Part shown: positions 23,868 to 37,611 of the stretch, in pieces
Numbering within the stretch: the first letter of the stretch is position 1
How the letters are laid out: each line of letters begins with the position of its first letter
Source of the DNA: Camelus ferus
Taxonomy: Eukaryota
DNA: 64,000 nucleotides
Assembly: GCF_009834535.1 (NCBI RefSeq)
Contig: NC_045696.1
Location: 30,320,001-30,384,000, forward strand
Direction: 5' to 3'
The notes under the pieces: model-generated
The model's input: the letters and a program-made list of their open reading frames with translations, nothing else
The model's database searches: none
Told to the model about the DNA's origin: nothing
Made by a program: the position numbers and the translations under genes

Positions 23868-26800
23868 AATAGTATTAATAACATATCATTGCTAATTTCA
23901 TGATTTTGATGATTGTTTTATAGTTATGTAGGAAAATGTCCTTGTTTGCAAAAAGTGCAGACATGTATTTTAGGGGAATGGCTTATAAGCTTGACAATTC
24001 ACTATCCAGTGACTCAAGTAGAAACATTTCTTTGTAACACTTCCAACTTTTTTTTTAAATTTTTTTAAAGAAAAAATAAAAACTAATAAAGCCTAGATTT
24101 TCCTTACTGTTTGATCTCTTTCTGCTTGGCAATACTAGTATTTCCTTAGGTTTACCTTCAGTTGTCTATCAAGAAAATAATGTTTGCGTCTCTGGAAGTC
24201 TCTTTGTTTTCCATGGATTTAAGCAAGGGGAGTTCAAATACTAAAGTAGATGAAGGGAAATATGTGAATTCAATGGCTAGTCCCAATATCTATTTTCTCT
24301 TTATTTCTTGGTGAAGTTTTGATGATGTGAAAAATACCTACCAGAATATATACCAATTATGTTTTCTGCAGAAATCTATTTCTCTACTAGTACAGATCAG
24401 AGTTAACCAAGCAGAAGTTGTATAGAGGAGGTGGGAAGGGAGTATCATGACTGGCAAGGCAAGCTCATTTCTTTCCCAGTTCCACATTAACCATTGTTAT
24501 TTTGGAACATTAATTTGGAATTAATGATATTTGTCATCAGGCATTAATCTTTGCATTAAATTTTAAGAAATTTTATTTCCTATAATAATGGTTTAATCTA
24601 TGCATTTCAGTTCCTCCATATTTAGATTTTTACTGAAGCAAAGACTTCTCTTTATAGATGTCTATTAGATGATCTATTTAAATGTCTACCTTTTAATCTT
24701 TAAACAAGAAAAGTAAAATTGTTAATGTACAATAAACCTATATCTACAGAATTTTTTTATTCCTGAATTTACTAGTAACTATTTTTAAAGTATTTTTACA
24801 AATAAAATTTCCATGTCAGTGGTTTCTTTCTTCAATTAATTATTTTTTGAACAATTTTACTAGATGGTAGGTAACTTATTTATCACCTGCTGAGATAAAT
24901 AGTTCTAGGCTGAATCCATGAAGACCCAATGAGACTCTTTGTGGTCAATACAAATCCTATAGGATCTATAAATAGCAGGGACAATCAGATAATATAGGTC
25001 AGATGTAGGAAATATATAGTTCTTATATTTTCAAAAAGGAACATGAGTCAGTTCTGGGAACAATATGCCTTTACATCATGTGTCCTTGATTTTTTTTCTT
25101 TTCCTTTCTACCTTTTTTTTGAGTATGTGTGCTTCATCTCCTGCTTTGCTCATTCAATACACTCTCTTCTAACTCTTTTATTCTGGTTTTGTTTTCTGAG
25201 CCTTCATGTTCTTGTTTTTCCTTCCTGTCATTCAACATTGTACTGCAAAGGTGGATCAGATCAGATGTTTATGTCTTTTTCAAAATTACCTTCCTTAATG
25301 ATACTGGAAGATTTTGTGGAACCATATGGTTTAAAAATCACTATAGAGCCTAATTAAGTTAGCACCAAGTCTAAAGCCAACTGTAATGTAAGATTTTCGT
25401 ACATGTTTCTATGCTGCTAATATTGCCAGCATTTTTCAACCCAATGGTATTATCAAGACCACTTCTTCTGATATCTGGGCTGCATGATGTAGTGGTCAGA
25501 GGGAAAAGTCACATGGAGTAACAAAAATGTACATCAGCCCTCAACTTCAGTGAAATAGAAAACTCCAGTCATCTTGCTATTTTCTAGACGTGCACAGTTA
25601 TATTAGAGTTATGAAATCCTTTATTAGAACCTCAGTCTTGAGAAATTCTTAAAGCTTTAGAAGGCTATGTGGCTTTTTGTTAACATCTTAACTTTAGAAA
25701 ATTTGGCAGAATGTTTAATTACCAGAAGGAGATCATGCTATTAATCAAATGTGGAATTGCTACCATTACAAATTAATGATTGTAGGCAAATTGAGGACTT
25801 AATTACCTCTTTCAGACGCAACATTCTGTTTGCTTCCTCTTTTGAAATTGTCCCCAAATGAAGACTGTGCAATAACATCTTGAAGGAAGTACTGATAAAC
25901 CTCATTTAATTTGTTTCCATCCCTTTTAAGATTCTATTCCTATTAAAAAAGGAATGTCTTGTTGATAAGAAAGCAGTTCAGTATTATGACAGATTCAATC
26001 TCCCCAAACGACTGACTTTCAGTTTGGCTCCAGTGAAAGATTATTGCCTCAGATGATATTTATTTTGCTGGCTCTAATATAAACGCCATAGTTGAGTCAA
26101 ACTATTCAAAGAATAAAGTGGTCAGAGAACTCTGAGAAGTCTTATTAATTTTGTAATGGTGTTGAAAGCTTACCAAAGGTTTCTGTCCTCTAAAGCTACT
26201 GCTTTGAGCAAATCAGAGGGGATTTCTTTTCAACTGCTGAAAAGAGGCAGGGCTTTCTCTGGTTTGCTGCATATGAAGTGACAAATACGGAGTCTCTGGC
26301 TGGCTTATGGAAGCTTGTTTGACTATGTCAGTTGTGATTTTGGGGATATACACACATACATGTATACACATGCATAGGAATATACAATAGTGCAAATATG
26401 AATGAACAGGAAGTATAAATAAACCGAGAAAAACTATGTTTTTGACTGTGAAGAACAAAACCCTAATCTTAGCCATCATTAAGAGGTATAGACATTCCAC
26501 AAAAGTGTTTTTTATTAAAAAATTTATATATTTTAGGATTAAAAATAGAGGTCAATAATAAGTGAATTCCACTGGTAAAGGTATAACAGTAGTGGTAAAG
26601 AATAAATAGCCTTAAATATCTGAAAATAATACATAATTAAAATTTCCCTATTTTATTTATTTTGTGTTTTCATGCATTACACCCAGTCCAACCTCTTTGG
26701 TTAAAGGGATCTGCTGTTGTCATCAGGCCCTGGGTTCGGAGAGTGGGTTGGTTTAAGTCATGAAAATCCATGAATTTACTCATTATCTATCAGTTCTTTT

Positions 26801-26959
26801 TTGCATATATGGATTTGTATTTACAATTGACCCTTGTGAAAATTAGATGCTAAATGTAGTTTATGTTTGATTCACTCCAGCTTCTCTTTATGGGTCCTTT
26901 GTTTTCCTCTCACTGCTTCAAGGCTTTCATTGCTCCAAGTCTTCTCAGTTTACTCATCT

Positions 26960-27100
26960 AGTCTGAAATATTTATTGAGTGTTTCTGATGAGCTAGACAC
27001 ACAGTTAAGTGCTAAGTATGCATTGGATAAAAACACATTTTTAAAAAGTGAAAAGTCTTGCCTTTTCTGTGGGAGGGAGCTGGACCTCATATTTAATCAA
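26960..27100 (-). mobile_element. L2 3' end
   Basis: aaatatttattgagtgtttctgatgagctagacac...agtcttgcctt. Confidence 0.6.
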
Positions 27101-29699
27101 TTCTTTCTTACAACGTTTATATCCACTTAGGATAAAAGGGGTTAGTTTCCTGCTAATTTCAAATACATAATGTATTACTATAATGATTTTATATATCTTT
27201 ATATCTTTTGATGATAGTTTGCTAGAAATGCAGTATTCTTTAATTTCTAAAGTAAATGCTACATGCTATGTATGCGTTTATGTGTACTTAAGATACAAGC
27301 ATTAAATAGAACATATACCCATGGCTGTGGTACAAGCGCCAAAACAGCAATGTTAATTTTAGGCAAGAGAGTAGTTAAAGTGAGGATTTCTAAGCAAGAC
27401 AACAGAGAGAGAAAATGTTTAATAAAAATTATAATCCTTAAATAGTACATACACCATCTTAACAGTATTAACTTTGGGGGGCCCAGAATAAAAAAAAAAA
27501 ATGCTTCAAAGGTTTTTTCCTCCAAAAACTTAAACAGAGACATCAAATATAAGTATTTTTATTCCAGAAATCTATAGCTTTTTTTTTTTTCCCTGAAAAA
27601 GTAAGTACAAGGCAACATTCCCTGCAGACGTTTTCCTGTGATTCCCTACTGTAGGAGGCTTTTGGAATTCCATTTGCATTTATCCATCATCAATAGTCTC
27701 TTCCATGCTTCTATTTGTGCATCTTTCTTGCAGTTGGAATTGACAAAGACATACTATAATAACGATATTCTCATTTTACTAAATTTTCATTGAAAATGAG
27801 GTGATATACTTAAATACAAAATAAATCATGGCATGAAATACACAATATTTATTTAAACTAGTCTCTTAGACACATTATTTATAGCATACTTTCCTTTTGA
27901 ATATAGAACTTTACAATCTCTCATGTAGTCTCTCAATTATCAAATGCCAGTATTTCAATATTTCAGATATCAGTTTTCCCTTTTTATGCAGGAAATATTA
28001 TTTTTCAGCAAATTATCTGACTCTGATTATTGAAAACACTAGTAATTTATAGCAAAGCTCCAATTTTAAAATGATAAGTGCAAACAAAAAAAAAAACTAA
28101 AATAAAGAAGGAAATAAAGAAATTAAGTATATATAAATAAATAATCTAAAAATAAAGAAGGACAAAAGAATCTTGAAAAGTGACCCTACCATTTTTCAAG
28201 TGCCTTAGTCATGAGTCTTGCTGTTTCTCGGAAGCAACATATGGAAGAGAGGTAAATAATCTCTACTGCTGAGCTACACCTCATTCCAGTGATGGGTAGG
28301 GTGGAATTAAGATACTGTTTGGGGATAAATGATAAAATTTCAAGTTTGACCAAAATTTCAAATGATAGCTTGCTGTCATGGGATCTTCCAATGCTCACAG
28401 AAAGTAGAGAATAAACATTTAGTATTTAATTTGTAAGAGAAGAATTAGAGCATATTATAAAATAGGTCCTGAGTAGCAGTGTTTGTTTGAAATCAGGAAA
28501 ACTCTACATACAAAGCAAAGCATGGAAATCAGATCTTGAAATTTTACAAAAATGCTCTAAAATTATATTAGCAATTTTGAATTGACTGCAAAAAGTGAAT
28601 TATTTGAAAATAATGCAGTTAAAATTATGAAACAGTCATTACTTTAGGAAATCTTTGGGATTATTTCCCTATTCTTTGGGGGAATTATAGGAACAATAAT
28701 AAGGATGTTTGTTTTATAAACAAGACATTATAGAACTTCATGCCTCCTTCTACTCTTCGTTTTGTCAGAAATCTAGGACAGTAGTCACAGATGGGCATGA
28801 AATAAAAAGAAAAGAGGAAGAAAGAAAAAGAGTAGGAGAGAGGCACTTATAGCATAGGTAGGCAGGGAGAGTTACAAATAAAATCTGAGAATATGATTCC
28901 TGGCAATCTGTGTAACAGCTATCTGGAAAGTGATAGCAGAAGAGTAAAATATTTTATAAAAAAATAGATTATAAGCACAATATTAATTATGTATAAAGAA
29001 AGCATGTTCAACACTAGATAACTTACCTAAGGAAGTTTTTATTCTGTTAATTATTCAGCAAATACTAAATGAACACTAACTATGAACCACACCCTATGCT
29101 GGACACTTCAAAAAGGACAGGGAGCAAAACAAACCAAAATACATGTTTTTGTGGACCTCACATTTTAGAGGGAGGACTGACAGTAAACAAAAGAGTATAA
29201 TATATAATAATTTATATAGCATCTAGAAGTAGTAATATATAGTAGAAATTTATGTCAAGTTAATATATGTGTAGCAAATACATAGTAATATAGACGATGA
29301 TAAGTGTCAAGCAGGAACATGAAGTAGGGGAAGTGTATTGGGTTTCAATTTTAATATGATGGTTCTGGAAGGGATCACTAAAGAAGGTAAATTTTGAGTA
29401 AAGACCTGGGGGCAGTGAGGGACTAGTTCTGTAAGATGTAGGAAAATAGCATTCTAGGTGAAGTGACAGCAAGCAAAAAGGCTCCGAGTGAATGGGACAT
29501 GTTTGAGGAAGAATAGTGGGCAATTTTGTTAGAGGTGAGTGAAGGAGGAAGAGAGTCATAGGACAGGACATGAACCCTTAGAAGTGACAAGTCAGATAAT
29601 GTACTCCCAGGTCAAAGTATCCTGACTTTTACTCTGTGTGAAGAGGAAAGCATGTGAGGAACATGATATATGTTTTACACATAAATTATCGAAAACATT

Positions 29700-29840
29700 T
29701 GATGTTGATTGTAGTGTGTTGATTGTGGTGTGATTGATAGTCCCGTGGATGTACACATATGCCAGATCTTATCAAATTGAACACTTTAAGTATGTATAGT
29801 TTTTTAAGTGTAAATTAGGCTTCAATAAAAGCTGTTAAAA
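29700..29840 (+). mobile_element. Old L1M 3' terminus inserted in L2
   Basis: gattgtggtg...cttatcaaattgaacactttaagtatgtatagttt...cttcaataaaagctgttaaaa. Confidence 0.7.
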
Positions 29841-30000
29841 ATTCCATCTGGCTTCAGTGTTGAGAATAGAATGTCCCAGGGGCAAGGCAGATTCAGGGAG
29901 ACCTGTCTGGGGCCTGTTCAATAACAGAATTGTGAGATCACAGTGCCTTGGACCAAGATGATAACAGCAAGAATCCTGAGAAGTGAGTTTGTCTTGGGTA

Positions 30001-32213
30001 TATATATTTTTAATTGAAATATAGTTGATGTAAAAAATTATGTAAGTTACAGGTGTACAGTGCAGTAATTCACAATTTTAAAGGTTATGCCCCATTTATA
30101 GATATTATAAAATATTGGCTATATTCCCTGTGTTATACAATGTATCTTTCTTGTGTATATATATTTTATTGAAATATAGTCAGTTTACAATGTTGTGTCA
30201 ATTTCTGGTGTACAGCATAATGCTTCAGTCATACATGAACATACATAAATTTGTTTTCATATTTTTTCACCATAAGTTACTATAAGATATTGAATATAGT
30301 TCTCTGTGCTATACAGTATGAACTTGGTGTTTATCTATTTATATATATTTGTTAGTATCTGCAAATCTTGAATATATATATTTGTAGCATATTATATACA
30401 TAATTGTTTGTGTCTCTTAAATCCCTCCCCCTAGGTTGCCCCTTCCCTCTCTCTCTACTGGTAACCACTATTTTGCTCTCTATATCTGTTAGTCTGTTTC
30501 TTTTTTGTTATAGTTATTAGTTTATTGTATTTTTTTTAGATTCTGCATGTAAGTGATGTCATACAGTATTTGTCATTCTTTGTATGACATATTGCACTCA
30601 GCATAATGCCCTCCAAGTCCATCAATGTTGTTGCAAATGAAAAAAATTTCATTCTTTCTTATGGTGGGGTAGTATTCCATTATATATCTGTATCTATATC
30701 TATCTATTGCACCTTGTTTATCAACTCATCTGTTGACAGACACTTAGGTTGCTTTCATACCTTGGTTACTGTAAATAATGCTTCTTTGAACATTAGGATG
30801 TGTGTATCATTCCAATTAGTATTTCTGTTTTTTTCAGCTATACATCCAGGAGTGGAATTGCTAGATCATACAGTAGTTCTATTTTTTGTTTTTTCGATAA
30901 AACTCCATACTGTTTTCCACAGTGGCTGCACCAATTTACATTCCTGCCAACACTGTACAAAGGTTCCTTTTTCTCCACATTCTCACCAACATTTGTTATT
31001 TGTGTTCTTTTTAATGATAGCTATTCTGACAGGTGTGAGATATGTCATTGTGGTTTTGATTTTCATTTTCCTGATGATTAACAATGTTGAATACTATTTC
31101 ATGTGCCTGTTGGCCATTTTCATGTCCTCTTTGGAAAAATGTCTATTTAGGAATTCTGCCCATTTTTTAATCAAGTTGTTTGTGTTTTTTTGATGTTCAG
31201 TTGTCTAAGCTGTTTATATATTTTGGATATTAACCTCTCATTGGCCATATCACTGGCAAATACTTTCTTCCATTCAGTAAGTTGTCTTTTTGTTTTATCC
31301 ATGGTTTGCTGTGCAAAAGCTTTTATGTTTAACTAGGTCCCATTAGTTTATTTTTACTTTTATTTCTTTTGCTTTAGGAGACAGACCCAAAAAATATTGC
31401 TATGATTTAGGTCAAAGAGTGTCCCACCTATGTTTTCCTTGTGGAGTTTTATGGTTTCCAGTCTTAAATTTAGGTCTTTAATCCATTTTGTGTTTATTTC
31501 TGTATGTGGTGTAAGAGAATGTTCTAATTTTATTCTTTTACACATGGCTGTCTATTTTTCCCAGGCCTACTTATTAGACTGTCTTTTGTTCATTGGATAT
31601 TCTTGGATTCTTTGTCATAGATTAAATTCACCATAAGTGCATAGGTTTACTTCTGGGCTCTCTATTCTGTTCCATTGATCTACATGTCTGTTTTTGTGCC
31701 AGCACCATACTCTTTTAATGACTATAGCTTTGTAGTGCAGTCTGAAGTCAAGGAGCGTGACTCCTCTGTGTTCTTCTTTCTCAAGATTGTTTTGGCTCTT
31801 CAATGTCTTTTGTGTTTTCATATGTATTTTTAAATTATTTGTTCTTATTTGTTCTAGTTCTGTAAAAGTGCCAGTGGTATTTTGATATGGACTGCATTAA
31901 ATCTGTAGATTGTCTTGAGTAGTATGGTCATTTTAACAATATTACTTCTTCCAATCTAAGAACATGGTGTATCTTTCCATCTGTGTCATCTTCAATTTCT
32001 TTCATTAGTGTCTTATAGTTTTCTGAGTACAGATCTTTTATCTCCTTAGTTAGGTTTACTCCTAGGTATCTTCTTTTTGATGCAATGGTAAATGAAATTA
32101 TTTCCTAAATTTCTCTTTCTGATAGCTTATTATTAGTATATAAAAATGCAATAGTTTTATGTGTATTAATTTTGTATCCTGAAACTTTACCGAATTCTTT
32201 GATGAGCTCTAGC
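30001..32213 (-). mobile_element. 5'-truncated LINE-1, ~2.2 kb (disrupted 3' part of ORF2 plus 3' UTR)
   Basis: Minus ORFs 31360..31545 (KWIKDLNLRLETIKL) and 31615..31821 ([36 protein letters not shown]) are ORF2. Degenerate TSD-like flanks ttgggtatatatatttt / ttgaatatatttt. Confidence 0.95.
30151..30372 (-). mobile_element. Short L1 3'-UTR-derived element nested in the older L1 3' UTR
   Basis: ttttattgaaatatagtcagtttac...gttagtatctgcaaatcttga interrupts the host sequence tacaatgtatc|ttgtagc; closely homologous to 2467-2695. Confidence 0.9.
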
Positions 32214-33981
32214 GTTGAATATATTTTGAAACTGGTGCCAACAGTATTTGCCAATGAGTGGATGTTCACCATGAAAGAAAATGAATGTGAAGGAATATAA
32301 CAAGGTTTTTAGCCTAAACAACTATGAAATGGATTTTCTATTAACTAAGATGCAAAAGGCTGAAAGAGAAACATGTTAGGACATGGACTTCAAGAGCTCA
32401 ATTTTCGAAGTGTTAAGATTGAGATTTCTATTATACATCCAAGTGAAGCTGTCAAATAGGCAGTTGGATAAAAGTGTCAAGTTCAGTGGAGCAGTCTATT
32501 CTGGGGATATTAATTTAGAAGTATCTGTCATTTATACATATATCATATCTACCTGTATAGTTACATATCTATATATCTATAACTGTGATGTTTAAAAGGG
32601 TAAAGTTAGGTGTTATTACTTAGAGTGTTGACAGTGAAGGGGAGACAAAACTATGGAGCTGTTTGGCATTCCCAGAGTTAGAGGATGTGGAGATGATGTA
32701 GGGTCAGTAAATGAAACTGACAGAGAATATCCAGAATACAGAAGGAAAACAGAGGAAGGTAGAGTGATTAATCATGTGAATCATTGCTAATATGCCACAT
32801 AAGATGAACCCTGAAAAACAACCTTTAACAACATTGAACAAATATTAAAACTGGGCGGTTGGGAGTGAAAACCTTATTGGAGGACGTTTAGGAGAGAGAA
32901 GGAAGAGACAAACTGTAGACTGAATAAAAAGAACTTTTTCCCAGTGTTTTTCTCCAAAGGAATTAAATGAATTATGGCATTCGTTGAAGAAGGAATTGGA
33001 CCAAATTGTTTTAAGATGGGAACAAATAGCATATTTCATTATTAATAGAAATGAGTACCTAGGCTGGGAAATTCTGAAGTAAAAAGAGATAAAAAAAAGA
33101 ATTGCTAAAATCATGCCCTTAAGTCAGCAAGAGAGATTGAGTTCAAGTGCACAGATATAGGGATTGGTCTTAACATGGGCAGCTCATCTAAAATAGGGTG
33201 CATACTTACAAATCGACAGGTGGATAGATATGGCTACATATCTTGTAAAATCTTTACATAGCTTGTAAAATCCTTATTTTATTTCTTTTTTTCCAATACA
33301 ATAGGATGAAAAGTAATTAACTGAGAGTGAGGTTAGAGTAAGGGAGATTGGAAGTTTGAGGAGAGAGGAGAGAGTATGAAATAGTAATTTAGGAAGGTAG
33401 AAGAGTGAAATAATTGGGAAGTGTAATATGATTGCCTGGCAGCATTGGGACCTAACTGAAGTTCATAAGAATGGATATAAGAGCATATAAGCAGAGACCA
33501 GTCAGCACAGTATCGTCACTTTTTACTATAGCCGTGTTCAGATGCATGAATTCACTTATTGGAGAGGAGGAAAATTAGATTTAACCAAGATTGTGGTTTA
33601 ACCAAAATAAAAGTGATACAGGGATCAGAGATCTAAATTCCATTTGTCTGACTTCAAAGTCTTTTTGCCTAATTATTCTACCAGATTCTTCCCACATCAG
33701 CCATACAGTTTCCAAGGAAGGGAAGCAAAATAATGTTCTAGATGCTTAGGAGATATAAAACTATTTAGATGTCAGAAATTCAGAAATTAAGTATAACCAG
33801 GATTTCACTTTTTGGTTAGGTTCATGGTATTACATAGGTAGATATTTGACAAATTTCTTTTGATGTAGTTAGACAGAAGTGGATAAATATTTTCAAGGAA
33901 ATCTCATCTATTAAATTTTTCATCATATGAGAAAACATTTTAATATTTTTATCAGATACTATAAAAATTGTGTTAAGAGAA

Positions 33982-34110
33982 AAAAATTATTTTATAAATG
34001 ATATATTCTGAAAAAAGACTCTTCTTTTTAATTATGCTACTTTTAAAAATTTATTTTATAAATATTATATATTCTGAAAAAAGACTCTTCTTATTAATTA
34101 TGCTACTTTT
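33982..34110. repeat. Tandem duplication, 2 x ~64 bp
   Basis: aaaaatt(t)attttataaat...attctgaaaaaagactcttc...aattatgctactttt occurs twice with few differences. Confidence 0.95.
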
Positions 34111-34114
34111 AAAA

Positions 34115-34508
34115 ATTTATTTTTATTGACCTATAGTTGATTTACAAAATTGTGTACATATATATATATGTACACATGCATATGTATGTATTCTTTTTCA
34201 GATTATTTTCCATTCTTTTTCATTAACACTATAGGCTATTACAAGATATTGAATATAGTTCCCTATGCTGTACAATAGATCCTTGTTGTTTACCTAATTT
34301 ATATAAAGTTAATCCCAAATGTCCAATTTATCCCTCTCTTCCCTTTCCCCTTTGGCAGCCTTATTTGTTTTCTATGTCTGTGAGTCTATTTCTGTTTTGT
34401 AAATAAGTCATTTGTATCTTTTTTTTAGGTCCCACATATAATTAATATATTAAGGCTATTTGTCTTTCTCTGACTTTCTTCATCTCTAGGTCCATCCATG
34501 TTGCTGCC
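34115..34508 (-). mobile_element. L1 3' UTR fragment
   Basis: ttttattgacctatagttgatttac...acaagatattgaatatagttccc...aggtccatccatgttgctgc. Confidence 0.9.
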
Positions 34509-35539
34509 TAAAACTGCCACATGAATATATAATAGCCTCAGTTTGTTTAGCAAATTTTGAAGTATTTCTCTCATAAACAAGAATACCCTAAGGATAATTA
34601 AATATCTAGTTTCATATAGAAGTTTTTAAAAAATTGAATTTTTTTCTCCTTGGAGCTCTTACAAAAAGCTAAGTATATTCCTATTAAAATAAGTCTATTA
34701 TATACCTACAGGACTCAAGTTAATTATAAGAAACTATATATGATTTTATAATAGAAAAAATCCTTAGATCCCTGTGAGGCAAAAAGACAAATTCATAGAT
34801 ATAGAAAGCCCCCCTTCATTCAGATTCTCTCTATGTCTCTCTGTCTCTCCATCTCTGTCTCTCTTTCTCTTGCACTTTATCTGTTATAAATTAGAAATAA
34901 AGTTTAAGTCACTTAGATTATTTTTTATACCCAACAATCCAGGCAGGAGTATAATCTATTCTGAAATTCATGAGAAAATCCTTTAAAATGTCAGACAACA
35001 GTTGAAACATTCTATGATTAAGGCATATTTTAATTTTCTTAATGTCAAAACTCTGCTGTGGGAGAAGCTTATGCACACTCATCTGATATTCACATGAGCT
35101 GATATTAAGATGGAGCCACCCTCTTAGAAGTATCAATATCAGGGATTGAGAATATTTTCTAAAAGAGATCAGTCTGACCTTCAGAAAAGACAGTGCAGAA
35201 TAAGATGAACCAGAAATGAAATCATTTTGAAACAATAAGTAGCATATTTTTTTAAAAGGAGCTGGGCGAGGGTGGATACATTTTTCTCACAGATATTGCT
35301 CAATAAGGACATTTGCATTCAATAATAGCGACAGACCTGGGACAGTATAAATGAGGGCTGGATAAGATGATCTCAAGTATAAGATGCTTCTATTCTTTGA
35401 AACAAAGTGTGGGGGCCGGCAGTCGAAGGTTGTGACTGCTTCCCAGACACAGAAAGTGGCCGATGAATTTAGTGCATTCAATACTCTATAAATATTTCTT
35501 AAGAACATACAATGTGCCAAATGCTATCCATGAGGAGAT

Positions 35540-36130
35540 TTATTCCTTTACTGAGCACAGATTTCTTGAGTGCCTTTTTGGGTGAGCACTGTACTACCTA
35601 CTCTGAATATAGGAGAACAGAGAAGGACAGAGCCTGCCCTCAGGGGGTGACAATGTAGTGAAAAAGACAATAAAATATAAATCAAAATTTAATGTTATGT
35701 ATTCAATAGCACAATAAAGGGGGAAAAGCAGAATGTGGTGGTAAAATATGATAAGAGAGGTGCCCTTTTTGATGGCAGTAAGGAACACTGGAACAGTGAC
35801 CCAGGAAGCTAGAGACATGCCAGTTAAATATAGAAAGAAGAACATTTGTGGAAAAGGGGGGAGCACGGTCATCAACCTTGAGTTGGGAAGATGCTTTGCC
35901 TATTCGTAGAAAATTAAAAGCCTAATATGACTGGAGGAGAGAGAAAAAGGCAGGAGAGTGGTAGGTGTGAGTTTAAGTCCAAGAATCATTGTTCCACGTC
36001 AGGAGGAACCTTGTCAGCCACTGGCAAAGGTTTTAGACATTATACTAATTGTGGAAAAATACAAAAAGCTATTGAAAGGCTTTGAATAAGACAGTGATAT
36101 AACCTGATTCACACTTCAAAAAGCTCCAAG
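35540..36130 (-). mobile_element. L2 fragment
   Basis: atttcttgagtgcct...gacagagcctgccctcaggg...ctattgaaaggctttgaataag. Confidence 0.7.
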
Positions 36131-37611
36131 GAGTACATGCACACTCTCCTATAGTTTACATTCTAATGGTTTTGTCTATGAAGAAATGGGTTTTGCTTTG
36201 GCTTTAGTAATAGCAGCAACCAACATTAAGATGTATATCGCCTCACAGTCCGCCACAGACATCACCAGGGGCCAAATCTTGCTATATGAAATGTAAGAGG
36301 TCATAGTTGATCAGGGAAATCTCTGTGTCTTTTGCAAATTCTGTTTTTACTTAAAATAAGCTTTTGACCATGGCCTGCTTAAGGAGGGCAATAGAAACCC
36401 CAAGACAACATATTCTGCATGAACAGTAGTGAAAAAAAGAATAGGGAAGTCCTTACATATTGAAGTTATCAATATATAATTGTCAGAATGTTCAAATAGA
36501 CCATATAAATATATAACAAAGAGAGCAAAAGTAAAAAATATCTAATGTTGTTTCTAAAAATATGTTTAATATAAATGTAGCTAAATTAGAGAATCACAGC
36601 TAACTTGAAATAACCCATGTCTATCTTAACACCCTCCTCTGAATCCTCTCCCTTACTGTGATACATGTGTGTGGAAGATACTTTTGCCAAATGGCGGACC
36701 GATTTCTTGGCAAAATACTGGTTTAGAGGTCTCAGGAAACCATAGCAACACATCCATTTTAGTGTATGAATAACAACTTTTAGAATCCTCTAACTCACTT
36801 AATAGGTTAATAGCAAACAGCCCTTAGTTATACATAAAATTAAAATTCAAACAGTTTTTATTTACTTATGAGAATATACGGGACTAAATTTGGGGATTCC
36901 TTTGCAGCCCAACAGAAAATATTTACATTTTGTAGACCCTACATTGAAAAACACAATTCAAGTCTAAAAAATTGGAGTAATATCTTGACATTTGAATGGG
37001 TATATTGTTTTAATGTTTTGTGACTACCATAAAAAATAGGTAATGAGGATATTATGAATACTTATATGCAACTTCAGATGAAAGCATGACTATTTTCATG
37101 TAATATTAAAGACAATGATTTTGTTGAATCTTCACTTAATATATGTGGCATCAATTTATTGTTTTACTTGCATTTATTTGCCTTCTATGTTAAAATCTTG
37201 ATTTTGCCTTAAAATAACATTAAAAAGTTGAACTGAAAATAAATATGCTTAATCTGATCTTGGATCATACATATTCAAAATAATAAGCTCTGTTTATTTG
37301 TCTGATGGATACAAAAGTACTATTTTTTTTTCAGTTCATAAACTGCAAAATAAACTCAGAAGTTGAACAAAAGTTTAGACACAAGTATTCTTAGTTTTTT
37401 AAAGTGTAACCCTTAATTTTTCCATAGCCTAGCTTTCTGTTACTAATTCTACTGCATTAGAAAAACATTTAACATATTTGAGAAGGATACTGCTATAAAG
37501 ATTTTTCTAATTTTATCTTTATCACATATATATAAATATATGGAGAATCATAATTTATATAGCCAATTGTTAAGCATCAAACTAGGCATTACATATTTGC
37601 CCTTTAATGTG

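Larger units (their letters stand above)
21540..24080 (+). mobile_element. Old L1M (L1MC/L1ME-like) 3' region interrupted by an MLT1 LTR
   Basis: gcataacctaaatctcataaggaaatactagacaaatccaaat..., resuming after the LTR with gttatgtaggaaaatgtccttgttt and an A-rich end. Confidence 0.7.
29050..33600 (-). mobile_element. Long L2 relic interrupted by L1 insertions
   Basis: Starts attcagcaaatactaaatgaacactaactatg. L2 body continues at 29841-30000 and resumes at 32214 (aatatattttgaa...catccaagtgaagctgtcaaataggcagttggata). Confidence 0.8.

Noticed and set aside
30606..31193. Longest ORF (195 aa, + strand)
   Set aside because: It is the antisense reading of L1 ORF2/3' UTR, a familiar spurious ORF, not a gene.
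281..35320. Scattered ATTTGCAT octamers (~282, ~27673, ~35310)
   Set aside because: Several are expected by chance in 64 kb of AT-rich DNA.
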